DNA of 64,000 nt from a virus. The translations under genes were made by a program, and so were the position numbers. The stretch lies in the IMG/VR virus record IMGVR_UViG_3300028029_000002, positions 1 to 64,000 of that record. The stretch is one strand, 5' to 3'. How positions within the stretch are numbered: the stretch's first letter is position 1; every line of letters starts with the position of its first letter. Below are positions 9,184-19,703 of the stretch, piece after piece. The notes beneath the pieces are model-generated. The model saw only the letters and a program-made list of their open reading frames with translations, made no database searches and was not told the DNA's origin.

Positions 9184-12100
9184 TAACTTAACTCCAATTC
9201 CTTAGCTATGGATAATCCTTCGACGGCTCCGGCACGGGCATCGTTGGTGTTCACCGAGACGTTCACACTTCTGACATCCTGGCTAACAATCGCTCCTAGT
9301 ATCTGTTGAAGCACGCTGATAACTCGTGGGTCTCCGCTATTAGCCAGTGCGTTCAGATTCGAGTTCGTCAAAGGCCCAACTCTCTGCTCGAAAGTCTTGG
9401 TCAGATTGCTATTCAGGACATACTCACCCGGATGAAGGACAGCCGTGCCACCCTCACCGGTGTATCCGCCGTTCGCGTAATATTTAATCCGCCCCGTGCT
9501 CACGCCACCGCCCAATGCGCTTCTTAATCTGCGGGCCCCGGCTGCGGCGGAGCGCAATGACGCACTGAGCGAACCAAATATCTCAACGCTCCGCGCCCCC
9601 TCATTGGTAATCTTGCTCACGCCAGCCTGGAAGTTCTGGACTGTCATTTGGATTGCCTGGATTGCTCGCTGTTGTGCATAGGTTAACCGTAGGTGCTGCT
9701 GAGCATTTTGCAGGGATCGTTGCTGACGATTGAGTTGGTTCATCGTCATCGCTCGATTGATCGCATTTAGACGCATGCGCAAAGCCGTTTCCTGCTCGAA
9801 GTATGCGTTTTGCCGAGCGAAACGGGTACTCTCCCATTCCATTCTTTTGTTATGCCGATCTTGCGCTGTGTTGAAGTCTTCTTCTGCCCATTGGCGTTGT
9901 ATGTCTAAGCGACTTCTCTGTTCATCTATCTGTGATTGGCCAAGCGCAAACTTGATAGTCCCTCTGTCCTGTTGCCGGAGCAAGGCCCTCCGTTGCCGTC
10001 CCGTGGCGTATTTGAGGTTTTCCTGTATATCCTCCATAGCCCACGCAAAATCGAGCTGGGACGTATTTTGTCTAAAATTCAGATCGCTTTCAGACCAACC
10101 AATTCGCGTCATGCTACGGTTAAAATTCTTTAGCAAGTCATCCATTCCCCATTGCCATTGAATTTCGAATCGGCTCCACGAATCTTGCATTTGTTCGCGC
10201 TGCTTCTGGACGCCGATGTTGAAGAGTTGATCTTGTATATCCAATTTCTCCGGGACAAACTTCAAGTTGTCGGCTAAGTCCTCGAATTGCAGGCTCAGCT
10301 TAAACATGGAGTCTCGATACCCCTCAGCCGCACTTTCGATTTGAAGCTGTTGTAATCCTTTTCCCTCAACGGCCCCGAACGCAGGCATCATTCCGTCACC
10401 CGATCCAAACTTCTCTATGGCGTCCAGCCCTTTGTGGGCAACCTGTATCGGGATAGCATCTTGAGCGAATCCGACAAAAGCGTTGTGCATTGCGGCCTCG
10501 AATGTACCACCTTGTCCTATGTACGACTCTATGCCTTGATACTGTTCACCATCAACTTTGAACCCATATCGCATTGCTTGCCCTAACTCCGTGTCAGAAC
10601 TTGGCAAATTTTCATATCCGATCTGGAATCCGCGAGTTGTCTGTTTCTGGAAAATTGCAGGCATTGATTCCCCACCGCCGAACCAGCTTTGCAATACATC
10701 CGGGAGCGCATCCCATAAGCTCTCGGATTTCATCTTGCTTGCGGCCCATGGATTCCCGGATTGTACTTGCGTGAGCATACGCATCGCGTCGTTTTGCTTC
10801 TGGACAAACTCTTCGTCTACTGGAAGTGTCTGCATACCATACAGGGGGTCTACGCGCCCCGGTACTGCGACCTCCATTCCAGTGACCAAACTTTGCACCT
10901 CTTTAGTCAATAGCGGAAGCGTGTTGAACATTTGCGCTTCGCTTCTGACCAGGGAATCTCTCTGGCTTTGCAGTGGCAACTGTCCGGCTTGAGCAACAAA
11001 AGAATCGTTGTAAGTTAGGCCAAGCGAGCCGAGTGCGTTTGCTGTACTGTAATATTGCGCAAGACCGGCTCGTTCAGTGACGCTCTGGTTTTCTTGAGAA
11101 AAGTCTTCAATAGACTTTGTGACAACTTGTCCCATTCCCTGTTTTGCGCCTGCGTATTGTAGGAAACCGGACATAGCTTGTGGAAGCATGCCTTTAATTG
11201 ACATGTTTTCGTAAGCCGATCCGGTGAATGCTTGTTTGAGGAAATCCAGTTGCGCCGCTTCTGTAGTCTTTCCTTCTCCCATTGCCTGAACCCAGGACAA
11301 ACTCATTTGATATGTAGCTTCGGGAGAAAGGCCAACCAGTCTTGTGTCTAAGACATTACCAAGCATCGTCCCAATTTCAGCCCCCCTGGACTGAAATTCA
11401 TTTCCGGGTACAGCTCTCCGCATACCAGTTGTTGCGACATTTCCCCACAACGATCCGGCTATTTGCAATCGTTCGTCTCTCATTTCTCCGGTTGCGCCAC
11501 CGGAAATTCCAACACGGAGTGATTCAAATTCCTTTCCCCCACGCGAACCGAACATGTACGACCGTGTGGCACCATTTACATTACCGGTTGATTCAAAGTC
11601 CTTTTTTATGTCAGTCCAGTATGGTAAAGCCGCATCATTGTACGCGGATGTATAATTTCCTTGTTTTGCATATTCTCTAGCTACAAACAGACGGTTTGCT
11701 GGCGATGCGTTTCCAGCCGCAACCTCAGCTTTCATTTTATCTGTGTCTTTTGCTTCCCCGGCGACCCGTAACCCTCCGAGCGTTAGGCCGGTCAGAGTGG
11801 TAGCGGCTAATCCGATTGGCCCAGCTGATCCGGCTATCATTGGAAGCATAGATGCAAGATTAGCAGCAACCAACCCAGTACCAATTGCGGCCCCACCTAT
11901 ACCGAGAACATCAGATACAGTTTGACTCCCAAGCCCATCACCGCCAAGCATGCCATTCGCGCCAGCCATTATGTATCCACCGGTGCGCATGCGAGACATT
12001 TTCATCTGTTGTAAATTTTCGACGACGTTCTGGCTACCTCTATCTATACCTGCGCCTCCCATCATACGATAGGCGTTCATTTGGTTTTGATACTGTTGAT

Positions 12101-15100
12101 ACTGTTCCCCGCCGCCAATCAGCGGTTGCAGAAATTGTCTGAACATCCGGGAAGTAAAGAACAGATCGGAACCCAATCCGGTGCGCGGATTTTTAAGTCG
12201 CTCGAAGAATCCTTTAATCCCACCACGTTCCGGTTTATCCCCGAACATACCTATGCCGAGTGAGGCAACATCGCCACGTTCTACAAGTTGTCTTTCCTCA
12301 TCGGACATCTCCCCCGCTTGCCCGGCAATCTCTTTATATTTCCTGAACACTTCGCGCCCGCGTTGAACCTCAGCAACTTCTTCTTTTGTGAGCTTGCGTT
12401 TGTTATTCTCCAAACTCTTGCTCATCTTTTCTAGGTTCTCTACCCACCCGCGCATTACGGGGGTTGCTTTTTTAAGTAAGGCTACGAACTGCTCATCGGT
12501 CTGCGTTTGCGGGCCGTCTATTCTTCTCTGTGCCGATTGCTGAGCGAAGCGGGTCTCTAAACTTGACATAACATCAGGCGATAGCACATTGGAAAACTTT
12601 CTCGCTAGAGTCATGTCGTCTTTTGATACTTCGCCGTTCAGCAATTTGTCGCTGAGAGCGGTGGCCATAGCAAGTGTTTCAGGATTCACCTCCACCTGCA
12701 CGCCACGCGCACCCCCGGATGTAGTCTTTGTCTTGGAGATGCGCCCGCGTATAACGCCACTTGGTTGAGTTGTTTCTGCCGTTGCCGTTTCCACCTCTGT
12801 AGCTACGGCCTCTGTATCCGGGGCGGTGAATTTTTTAGTTGCCGCTTCGAGGTATCGTTTGCGTATGTTTTCTTTTAGTGCCCCGATCTGTTCCGCCATG
12901 CCCGGTATGCCCGTGAACCCCGGCCCGACTTTTTGCAAGTCGCCAAGTGTCAGGGAGTCCGCGTTCTTGAGTAACACGTCAAGCGTTTCTTGTGCGGCGG
13001 CCAAGCGTTCCTCCGAGACTTTCGGCGCGGGTGCGGCTGAGGATTTTGCGTCGCTACCAACGCTCTGTATACGCCGGATACGCCACTGCTCTTCAAATTT
13101 GGCGACCTCTTTTTCCAGTTCCGGCATGCCCTTGGCGCCAGCTTTCGCCGCAGTGATTTCATTATAATTCAGAGAGTCGGAACGCTCGCGTAAGCTCTGC
13201 ATCATAACGTTAGCTGCTTCCTTGCGCTCCGGGGATACATCAACACGGTTCTGCGCCGCGTCTATCACTTGTTGTTCGTATCGCGCTTTGATTTCAGCGA
13301 CCGCCTTTGGGTCTAATGCGCTCTCAACTATTTTCAACGCGGACAGATCTTTCCTAGATAACACATCTCTACTTTGCAATGTGCTCAGAAGTCCTTGCGC
13401 ACGCGCGGCGTCCTGTTGGCTTATCGGGGCTTGTTTCTTTTCCTTCCCCGTTATGGCGGCATCCAATCTCTGTTGTTTGTACAAGGCCTGGATTTCTTCC
13501 AGGTCTGCCAGGCTTACCGCGTCGCCCTGTTCCTTAAGGACGGCCATATCGGTACTTGTAATCTTCTTGCGCTGACGCAAGGCCGCCACTAACGCCGCCG
13601 CTCGCTTCTGTTGTTCGGGCGCCGGCGGGGGCGGCGCGTCAAGAGCTTTTTGCATGTCGTCAATGCTCAAGTACAACGGCGACATTTGTTTCTTCTGCGT
13701 GGTTGTGAGCGGAGTATAGTTCGTGGGCTTTGATTCAGGCCCTGTGATCGCGGCGTTTAATTCCTGTTTGTCGTATCGTTCTTGGATAGCGTCGAATCGC
13801 TCCTGTCCAATAACGCCGATGTACTTCTTTAATGCCGTGATGTCCTTCGATCTGATCTTGTCGCGTTCCTCTAATGTGGAGGCTAACGACAAAGCCATGT
13901 TGCTTATATCTTCCGGTATCTCTTTCACGGCTTCTGCTCCTGCCGTGTATTCCCCGCTCAATATGGCCTCGCTCGTTTTCTGGAAGCTCGGCAATAGTTT
14001 AGCCATAGGCTCCGCAAATGACTCTATGCTTTTAGCTAAATCCTCGAATCCGGCTTCACGCATGGTCTCCGCTGTGGCAAGGATGGCTTTCGAGGAAGTT
14101 TCTAATCTCTCGGTCATCCTGAACCAATCTTGTTTCCCTTGCTGGGAAGTCGGCTCGCCGATAGCCATCATCTCTTGAGCACGTCGTATCTGCCATTGAT
14201 ATGATTGCGCCATCGCGCCACCCTCGCCAAATTGAGAGTACGCGATCTTGCGGGTCATACCGGCATCCATGTACGGATTGCGCCCTGTAGCCGCCAGTAT
14301 ATTTGCTAGGGTATTGGAAGCATTGACTGTGTGAATCGAAGGGGGCTTCACATTGCTGACAAGATCGACAGCCGCGTCAAATTGCCCGGCAACAACAGAT
14401 TTAGTTCTCCGTGCAAGGCCGGGATCGAATTGCCCGGATGCCATTGCGGATAAGCCTTTTAGGAAACGAGGCCCTACGCTGTTGTAATCCACGACGGGTA
14501 ACGTATACCGTCGTGCCATCTCGAAAATCTGAGCCATTATACCGCCCAATTGTTCACCGATGTCGTTCTGTTGCGCGTTTATCTGGGCTTCGGGTTGGGG
14601 TATGTTCTCCGGGGCTGGCGTAGCTGTCACCGCCTGTGTTTCGTCCGGTGTGGGCACAGTGAAATTGGATGCCTTGAAACCAGCAGCTGCGTCTACGGGT
14701 ATATTCTTTCTTTCCTCTGCGCGTTCGTTCAGCAGGACGTTCCGCCGTCTACCGGGATCAAAGCTGGGAGCAGCAGACGCGGAGGCTATTCTGGCAACCT
14801 CGTCCGCTGGCAGTTTCTCTAAATTGCGTAATAGTTTGGCCTCCCCAGTGGAAATTCTGGCATCGAGCATTTCTCCGGGCAAGTTCCTGTTATAGTATTG
14901 CGGAGTAGCGTTGACCACTTCATCTTTCCACACTCCACCGGTTTCATTCATAGCCCTATCAGCTATCGCGTCTAATACCGTACGTGGTACTACCCTTTCT
15001 ATCAAGTCTTTGATTGTTTTAACAACCGGATTGTCTGACAAATGCTCTGTGCCAATAGACATCGCCAATTCTTCTGGGGAGTATGGGAATCGTTGGTTTA

Positions 15101-18100
15101 TCTTGCCCTCTGCTATAGGTGCTTTAATTGCTTTGATCATGCTTCTGACGTAATGCCCTGCATCATCGCCGCTCGTCATACCCCCTATAATATCCCGAAT
15201 GAACCCGGATTTGAAGCCGCCTAACTGCATGCTGATGATATTATCTTGCGGCCCCATCGCACGAACGGACTTGCCCTCGAATGGGTTAAAGAACGTTCTG
15301 GCCGTTCGGTACAAGCGGGATATGGCATCTTCCTCTCGCTTAGTCAGCCCTTTCAAGTCCAAAGACCGCTGGTATAAGTTTGAAGCCTTTGCAATGTCTT
15401 CGTAGGCCTCAAGCATCTCTTTACCCTTGAGTCTCCCTTCGTCAACCGCGTTGAGAAATGCGCCGTTCAGTACGCGCAGGAAGGTATAAGTTGGCCCCAT
15501 ATTACGCTTAGCTTTAACGTAATCTATTGATCCTTGACTGATCTGTGCTGTTGTCGCAAAGAGTTCGTCTGGATCGTTGTTGACGTATTCACCGTCCCCG
15601 TTTCTCTTCACGAGTTTGAGCGACTTAAGGAATCGCTCCATTGGCGTGCCTTGTTCTGACTCGATCAGATCGTTCATGTCGCTGTAAATTGCCGACATCT
15701 GACTACCCGGAGCCGGATTCTCAGAGGCCATCCGCGCTAACGCCCCGGCAAATCGCTCGTCGTCAGATATGAGGTGTAACATTGCCTTGTCATCGGATGG
15801 ATCAACGCCGAAGGTTGCCCCACGTATTCCAGCACGGAATAATGTAACGTATCGATGCGCCTGCTTTATCGTGTCGACCCCTTGAGGTAACGCGCCCATC
15901 TCTAGCAATCTAGCCAAACTGTGTTTCTCAACTTGCCGGGCAGTCATGGCTTTCCCGCCAATATGCGCCTTGCGTAAATCGCCAGTCTCTTTGTCTAGCG
16001 ACACATTGCGCGTGAATTGAAGCAGGGCGGTGTCGAAGTCAACATCCGCCGACGCCGGTTCGTAAATTGAGTCAGAGGCCATTGTGTGTAACTGTTGGGT
16101 CATCGGGGCGTTCATCAATTCGAGAGCTATGTCAGATAATCCCTCTACCTCAAACGGATTGACCATACGCATTGGCAGAACTGAGTACAGAGGATCGGTT
16201 TCCGGTCTGCGGAAGAATGTTACCGCTTCGCCGTCAAGTTGGCTGTATAAATCGGACAGGATGTTCTGTTGCTCCGCAACATTCTCGGCTCGTGCCAGTT
16301 GCCCGCGCAGGCCGGGAACCATTTCTATCAGGTCTCGCGGCGGTATAAACACTCCACCTTCTGGCATGTTCATGTGGTATTGATAACCGACGTACAGCGC
16401 ATTGCGCAACTGCTTGTTTTGCACTCCGACATGTATGGCTTCTGTGTTAGCGAGTTCTTTCAATCTTGCGCGGTATTTGTCGACTCTGTCTATCTGATAC
16501 TCACCTTTGCTAGTCGTACTCGTCAGCAAACCAAACATCTCCCGGCTCGTACGTTCCAACTCTTCACCGGTTGCCGGATCAATGGTAGACATCTGCGCTA
16601 TTGCCGACAACGATGGCAGATAAACGTCGGTTCCCTCAAGGTGAATTGGGGCAACGGTGTCGAGTCCCTCGTATTTGCCTAGCAACTTCCTGAACAAGTC
16701 GGACGATCTGAAATTTGGCCCCTTCTTCTCGCGGATTTCATCCATCACTTCGTTAACAGTTTGAGCGGGAAGGGTCAGAATATGTTCGTCTTCCTTAACT
16801 GGGCTTCCCTCCATTATCTTGTTCGCCCTAATGATGGATGCGTTGGTCAGTTGCGCACGTCGTGCCTTGCGTTGTATCCCTTCGTACATTTCTGGGTTTG
16901 ACACTTTATACAGCATTGCCTCTTCTGAGTTCAATTGCGTGTTACCATGTGTAAACTCTGCCGTAACCGGGAACAAGGCGTCCATAGTCACGAACGAAAC
17001 TTTGTCTTGGTCTCCCATTTTGAGCGCGTATGATGCTGCCTGTGCGCCAGTCGTCAGGGAAATCTCCCCCTCGCCGGTCTGCGCTCGCTCGAAGAGTTGG
17101 CGCGTAGCCTCAATCATCTCTTCTTCGCTATAATCGCTGGTCAGGAAATCGTTAAATGTGTTGTCCCCGATGGCGTCAGCTACAGCCGTGGCAAATGAGG
17201 GCAGAGACTTTATGTCGTCTGATCCCAATACCATCGTCAGTCGTTTTCCGTCCTCACTCAACGCCTCCGCGTCACTCTCGCCAAAAAGCTCTTCTGCCAT
17301 TTCGTACGTGAGTGTACGCATATACGCCTTGATCCCCATGTGTTTGCTAGTAAAGTTTGAGGTGCGTGCTACCAGGGGCAGTGATATGGAAGCACCCTCA
17401 CCCTTGAAACCTTCCGAGGCGCGAAACTCTTTACTGTCTACGTTTAGCCCGACTTCCGAGTACGAGTTCCCCACAGCGAGATGCACGGGGACTTGTACGC
17501 TCTCACCCTTTTTCTGATCCCACTCCTTGCGGAAGCCTATGCGTATACGTCCATCGGCGGTACGGATTGTGTCACCCGATAGGAATTTATCATCCCAAGT
17601 GAATCCGTCTGGTACATCAAACCGTTTGTTCAATTGCGTTTCTGCCATCACTTGCTTGACGCCCTTCGGGAGGATGATATATCCCATACCCTGAGAGATG
17701 GCTCCGGTGTTTAGCACGGCCAGCCTATAATTATTCCCTCTGTTCGGGCGTGATGAAGACGAAGCTCCTTTGGTAACGCCAATCGCGCTTGTAATGCGGT
17801 CTTGCCTGCCAGCAGTCACCGCAAGTGGGCCTTGCGAGCGGAGGGCTTTCCATGCATCCTTTGCAAATTTCACGGCTTTGTACGACGGACGACCGATGAA
17901 ATATCGACCGCTTGCTGCTTTCGTCATGCCGGGGACTCTACTTAGATATTCATCCACAGGGAAGGCTACGATTCTTGATTCTTTGTCTCCGCCCTCCGTA
18001 TTTGTGTCGTTTGCTGGCCGGTACATAAGTCGACCAGGCTTTAGGTCTTGAATGTTTACGCCCCGCAATTGTATACTATTTGCATCCGTCCATGTCCTCA

Positions 18101-19703
18101 CTGGCGGTGCGCCGGGTGATGTATCCGGTCTAGTCAGCCCGCTGTTTTTGCCCTTAATACGGGCCGCCAGTGCGCGTTCCATTGCCTCGAATACACCCAC
18201 GCTTCGCGGAGTCTCAGCCGCCAATGTCGGGTCTACTCCGCGTTCCGGCTTATCAACGATTGGAGTTGCCGCATATCCGCCGATGACCGGGCCGTGCGGC
18301 GTGAGTTTTATGGGGATATTGTAATCTTGTCCACCCTGCGCAACTACCATAACCGAGTAGCCCGGACTGTATTCTCTGAACCCCATAACGGTATACCCGC
18401 CCGGTATTTCGTCACCGGTTTTCACCGTTTCTCCGCCGATACGTAATGCGCTCTGTGGTTTTCCGGCAATATATGTGAGTTCCGGCGAAAATCCGGTGTG
18501 GCTAATAGAAGTCCCCTGCGCTTGTGTGGCGGTAATAAGTCGTAATGCCTGGCTGGGGTCTCCGGCAACATCGTGTTGTATGGACACTCGACTTATGCTG
18601 ACACCACTATTGATCGTGGACAACAGGGCGTTCAAAGTTTCAAATTCTTTCTCCTCGCCGCCAACTGTTGCGGAGAATTTATCGCCCACTCCCACTCTAA
18701 CTGTTATGGGCACGGGTTTAACCGCTTTGGTCTTTCTGCTGAGTTGTACCGGCTTCCGTATTTTGATTTCCGGGACGGAGAACGTGGGTTGTGAAGACTT
18801 TGCGGTGGGGGCGGCTAAGGCAGCCGCTTGTAGAGCTTTCACGTCATCAGACGTAAGCTCTCCCGCTATAGCATGCTCGACAATCGAGGCTATTGCGGAA
18901 CCTGGCAACACGGAAGCGGCTCGTGCCAACCTAGCCTTCGTTTCCCGTGCATATTCTCCCGTGAGTGTCCAGGTACTGCGCTCGGTGGGCTGGCTTTGTT
19001 TCTCGCGCACGGTTTTGCTGTTGACGATGACTCCGCGTACCTCTATGTCGTCCGGGCCGTACTTGTACCAGTCTTTATATTTTGTCCCGGCAAGTATTGA
19101 TTGCCGTTGACCTTCGGGCAAATCGAACCATCTCTGGCGGTACTCGTCAAGTTGGGCTTGGTAGTTTTTTGTGTACCGGGCCGCGTGTGGCCCTTTGAAG
19201 TCGTCTATGACAATATATCTTTTCCCATTCACCTTAAGCAACACTATGGCATCCGGCCTGAAATAGCCTTGTGAGTGTTTCTTTGCAATGCTCTCTGGGA
19301 TAATGTGTTCCTGCGCGAGTTTACGCAGTGAGCTTTCGCGCTCATACTCTGTGGAACCAGATACTTGTCTGTCAAGGATTTTCTTGGCTTCGCTGGGGTC
19401 GCCCACTATATCTTCTAACGCATATTGCATCAGGTTGTGGGCCGTGTAGTTTCCACCACCTGTCGGATTGGACAGGTCTTTATCTATTGCGTTGTGGATT
19501 ACACTACCGGCTTGGAGCCATTCGGGGTTTACTTCTTCTAATCCGAGGGCACGCCGCAACAGATTACTGGCCTCTAGCGCGGCTGCTCTGTTGTCACGTG
19601 TTACGTTGTTTAGAACATAGTTTACTACTTGAAATACAGCGTCGGTATCAGTCTCGGTGTAACCTAACGAACTGGGCCATATCCCGTTTATATCGAACTT
19701 CAT
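9183..19703 (-). CDS. giant tape-measure-like protein (3506 aa) with a long non-TMP-like N-terminal region
   Basis: Single uninterrupted ORF. It has a Gly-rich hydrophobic segment (GIGGAAIGTGLVAANLASMLPMIAGSAGPIGLAATTL) and a Q/R-rich coiled-coil C-terminus. It sits after the chaperone-like gene and before the tail tip genes. Confidence 0.75.
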   Translation of the reverse strand: MKFDINGIWPSSLGYTETDTDAVFQVVNYVLNNVTRDNRAAALEASNLLRRALGLEEVNPEWLQAGSVIHNAIDKDLSNPTGGGNYTAHNLMQYALEDIVGDPSEAKKILDRQVSGSTEYERESSLRKLAQEHIIPESIAKKHSQGYFRPDAIVLLKVNGKRYIVIDDFKGPHAARYTKNYQAQLDEYRQRWFDLPEGQRQSILAGTKYKDWYKYGPDDIEVRGVIVNSKTVREKQSQPTERSTWTLTGEYARETKARLARAASVLPGSAIASIVEHAIAGELTSDDVKALQAAALAAPTAKSSQPTFSVPEIKIRKPVQLSRKTKAVKPVPITVRVGVGDKFSATVGGEEKEFETLNALLSTINSGVSISRVSIQHDVAGDPSQALRLITATQAQGTSISHTGFSPELTYIAGKPQSALRIGGETVKTGDEIPGGYTVMGFREYSPGYSVMVVAQGGQDYNIPIKLTPHGPVIGGYAATPIVDKPERGVDPTLAAETPRSVGVFEAMERALAARIKGKNSGLTRPDTSPGAPPVRTWTDANSIQLRGVNIQDLKPGRLMYRPANDTNTEGGDKESRIVAFPVDEYLSRVPGMTKAASGRYFIGRPSYKAVKFAKDAWKALRSQGPLAVTAGRQDRITSAIGVTKGASSSSRPNRGNNYRLAVLNTGAISQGMGYIILPKGVKQVMAETQLNKRFDVPDGFTWDDKFLSGDTIRTADGRIRIGFRKEWDQKKGESVQVPVHLAVGNSYSEVGLNVDSKEFRASEGFKGEGASISLPLVARTSNFTSKHMGIKAYMRTLTYEMAEELFGESDAEALSEDGKRLTMVLGSDDIKSLPSFATAVADAIGDNTFNDFLTSDYSEEEMIEATRQLFERAQTGEGEISLTTGAQAASYALKMGDQDKVSFVTMDALFPVTAEFTHGNTQLNSEEAMLYKVSNPEMYEGIQRKARRAQLTNASIIRANKIMEGSPVKEDEHILTLPAQTVNEVMDEIREKKGPNFRSSDLFRKLLGKYEGLDTVAPIHLEGTDVYLPSLSAIAQMSTIDPATGEELERTSREMFGLLTSTTSKGEYQIDRVDKYRARLKELANTEAIHVGVQNKQLRNALYVGYQYHMNMPEGGVFIPPRDLIEMVPGLRGQLARAENVAEQQNILSDLYSQLDGEAVTFFRRPETDPLYSVLPMRMVNPFEVEGLSDIALELMNAPMTQQLHTMASDSIYEPASADVDFDTALLQFTRNVSLDKETGDLRKAHIGGKAMTARQVEKHSLARLLEMGALPQGVDTIKQAHRYVTLFRAGIRGATFGVDPSDDKAMLHLISDDERFAGALARMASENPAPGSQMSAIYSDMNDLIESEQGTPMERFLKSLKLVKRNGDGEYVNNDPDELFATTAQISQGSIDYVKAKRNMGPTYTFLRVLNGAFLNAVDEGRLKGKEMLEAYEDIAKASNLYQRSLDLKGLTKREEDAISRLYRTARTFFNPFEGKSVRAMGPQDNIISMQLGGFKSGFIRDIIGGMTSGDDAGHYVRSMIKAIKAPIAEGKINQRFPYSPEELAMSIGTEHLSDNPVVKTIKDLIERVVPRTVLDAIADRAMNETGGVWKDEVVNATPQYYNRNLPGEMLDARISTGEAKLLRNLEKLPADEVARIASASAAPSFDPGRRRNVLLNERAEERKNIPVDAAAGFKASNFTVPTPDETQAVTATPAPENIPQPEAQINAQQNDIGEQLGGIMAQIFEMARRYTLPVVDYNSVGPRFLKGLSAMASGQFDPGLARRTKSVVAGQFDAAVDLVSNVKPPSIHTVNASNTLANILAATGRNPYMDAGMTRKIAYSQFGEGGAMAQSYQWQIRRAQEMMAIGEPTSQQGKQDWFRMTERLETSSKAILATAETMREAGFEDLAKSIESFAEPMAKLLPSFQKTSEAILSGEYTAGAEAVKEIPEDISNMALSLASTLEERDKIRSKDITALKKYIGVIGQERFDAIQERYDKQELNAAITGPESKPTNYTPLTTTQKKQMSPLYLSIDDMQKALDAPPPPAPEQQKRAAALVAALRQRKKITSTDMAVLKEQGDAVSLADLEEIQALYKQQRLDAAITGKEKKQAPISQQDAARAQGLLSTLQSRDVLSRKDLSALKIVESALDPKAVAEIKARYEQQVIDAAQNRVDVSPERKEAANVMMQSLRERSDSLNYNEITAAKAGAKGMPELEKEVAKFEEQWRIRRIQSVGSDAKSSAAPAPKVSEERLAAAQETLDVLLKNADSLTLGDLQKVGPGFTGIPGMAEQIGALKENIRKRYLEAATKKFTAPDTEAVATEVETATAETTQPSGVIRGRISKTKTTSGGARGVQVEVNPETLAMATALSDKLLNGEVSKDDMTLARKFSNVLSPDVMSSLETRFAQQSAQRRIDGPQTQTDEQFVALLKKATPVMRGWVENLEKMSKSLENNKRKLTKEEVAEVQRGREVFRKYKEIAGQAGEMSDEERQLVERGDVASLGIGMFGDKPERGGIKGFFERLKNPRTGLGSDLFFTSRMFRQFLQPLIGGGEQYQQYQNQMNAYRMMGGAGIDRGSQNVVENLQQMKMSRMRTGGYIMAGANGMLGGDGLGSQTVSDVLGIGGAAIGTGLVAANLASMLPMIAGSAGPIGLAATTLTGLTLGGLRVAGEAKDTDKMKAEVAAGNASPANRLFVAREYAKQGNYTSAYNDAALPYWTDIKKDFESTGNVNGATRSYMFGSRGGKEFESLRVGISGGATGEMRDERLQIAGSLWGNVATTGMRRAVPGNEFQSRGAEIGTMLGNVLDTRLVGLSPEATYQMSLSWVQAMGEGKTTEAAQLDFLKQAFTGSAYENMSIKGMLPQAMSGFLQYAGAKQGMGQVVTKSIEDFSQENQSVTERAGLAQYYSTANALGSLGLTYNDSFVAQAGQLPLQSQRDSLVRSEAQMFNTLPLLTKEVQSLVTGMEVAVPGRVDPLYGMQTLPVDEEFVQKQNDAMRMLTQVQSGNPWAASKMKSESLWDALPDVLQSWFGGGESMPAIFQKQTTRGFQIGYENLPSSDTELGQAMRYGFKVDGEQYQGIESYIGQGGTFEAAMHNAFVGFAQDAIPIQVAHKGLDAIEKFGSGDGMMPAFGAVEGKGLQQLQIESAAEGYRDSMFKLSLQFEDLADNLKFVPEKLDIQDQLFNIGVQKQREQMQDSWSRFEIQWQWGMDDLLKNFNRSMTRIGWSESDLNFRQNTSQLDFAWAMEDIQENLKYATGRQRRALLRQQDRGTIKFALGQSQIDEQRSRLDIQRQWAEEDFNTAQDRHNKRMEWESTRFARQNAYFEQETALRMRLNAINRAMTMNQLNRQQRSLQNAQQHLRLTYAQQRAIQAIQMTVQNFQAGVSKITNEGARSVEIFGSLSASLRSAAAGARRLRSALGGGVSTGRIKYYANGGYTGEGGTAVLHPGEYVLNSNLTKTFEQRVGPLTNSNLNALANSGDPRVISVLQQILGAIVSQDVRSVNVSVNTNDARAGAVEGLSIAKELELS

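Noticed and set aside
12510-13870. Periodic DNA repeats considered as a CRISPR-like or satellite array.
   Set aside because: The repeats are long, degenerate and in frame within the TMP ORF, so they are protein repeats. No short direct-repeat/spacer architecture occurs anywhere in the window.
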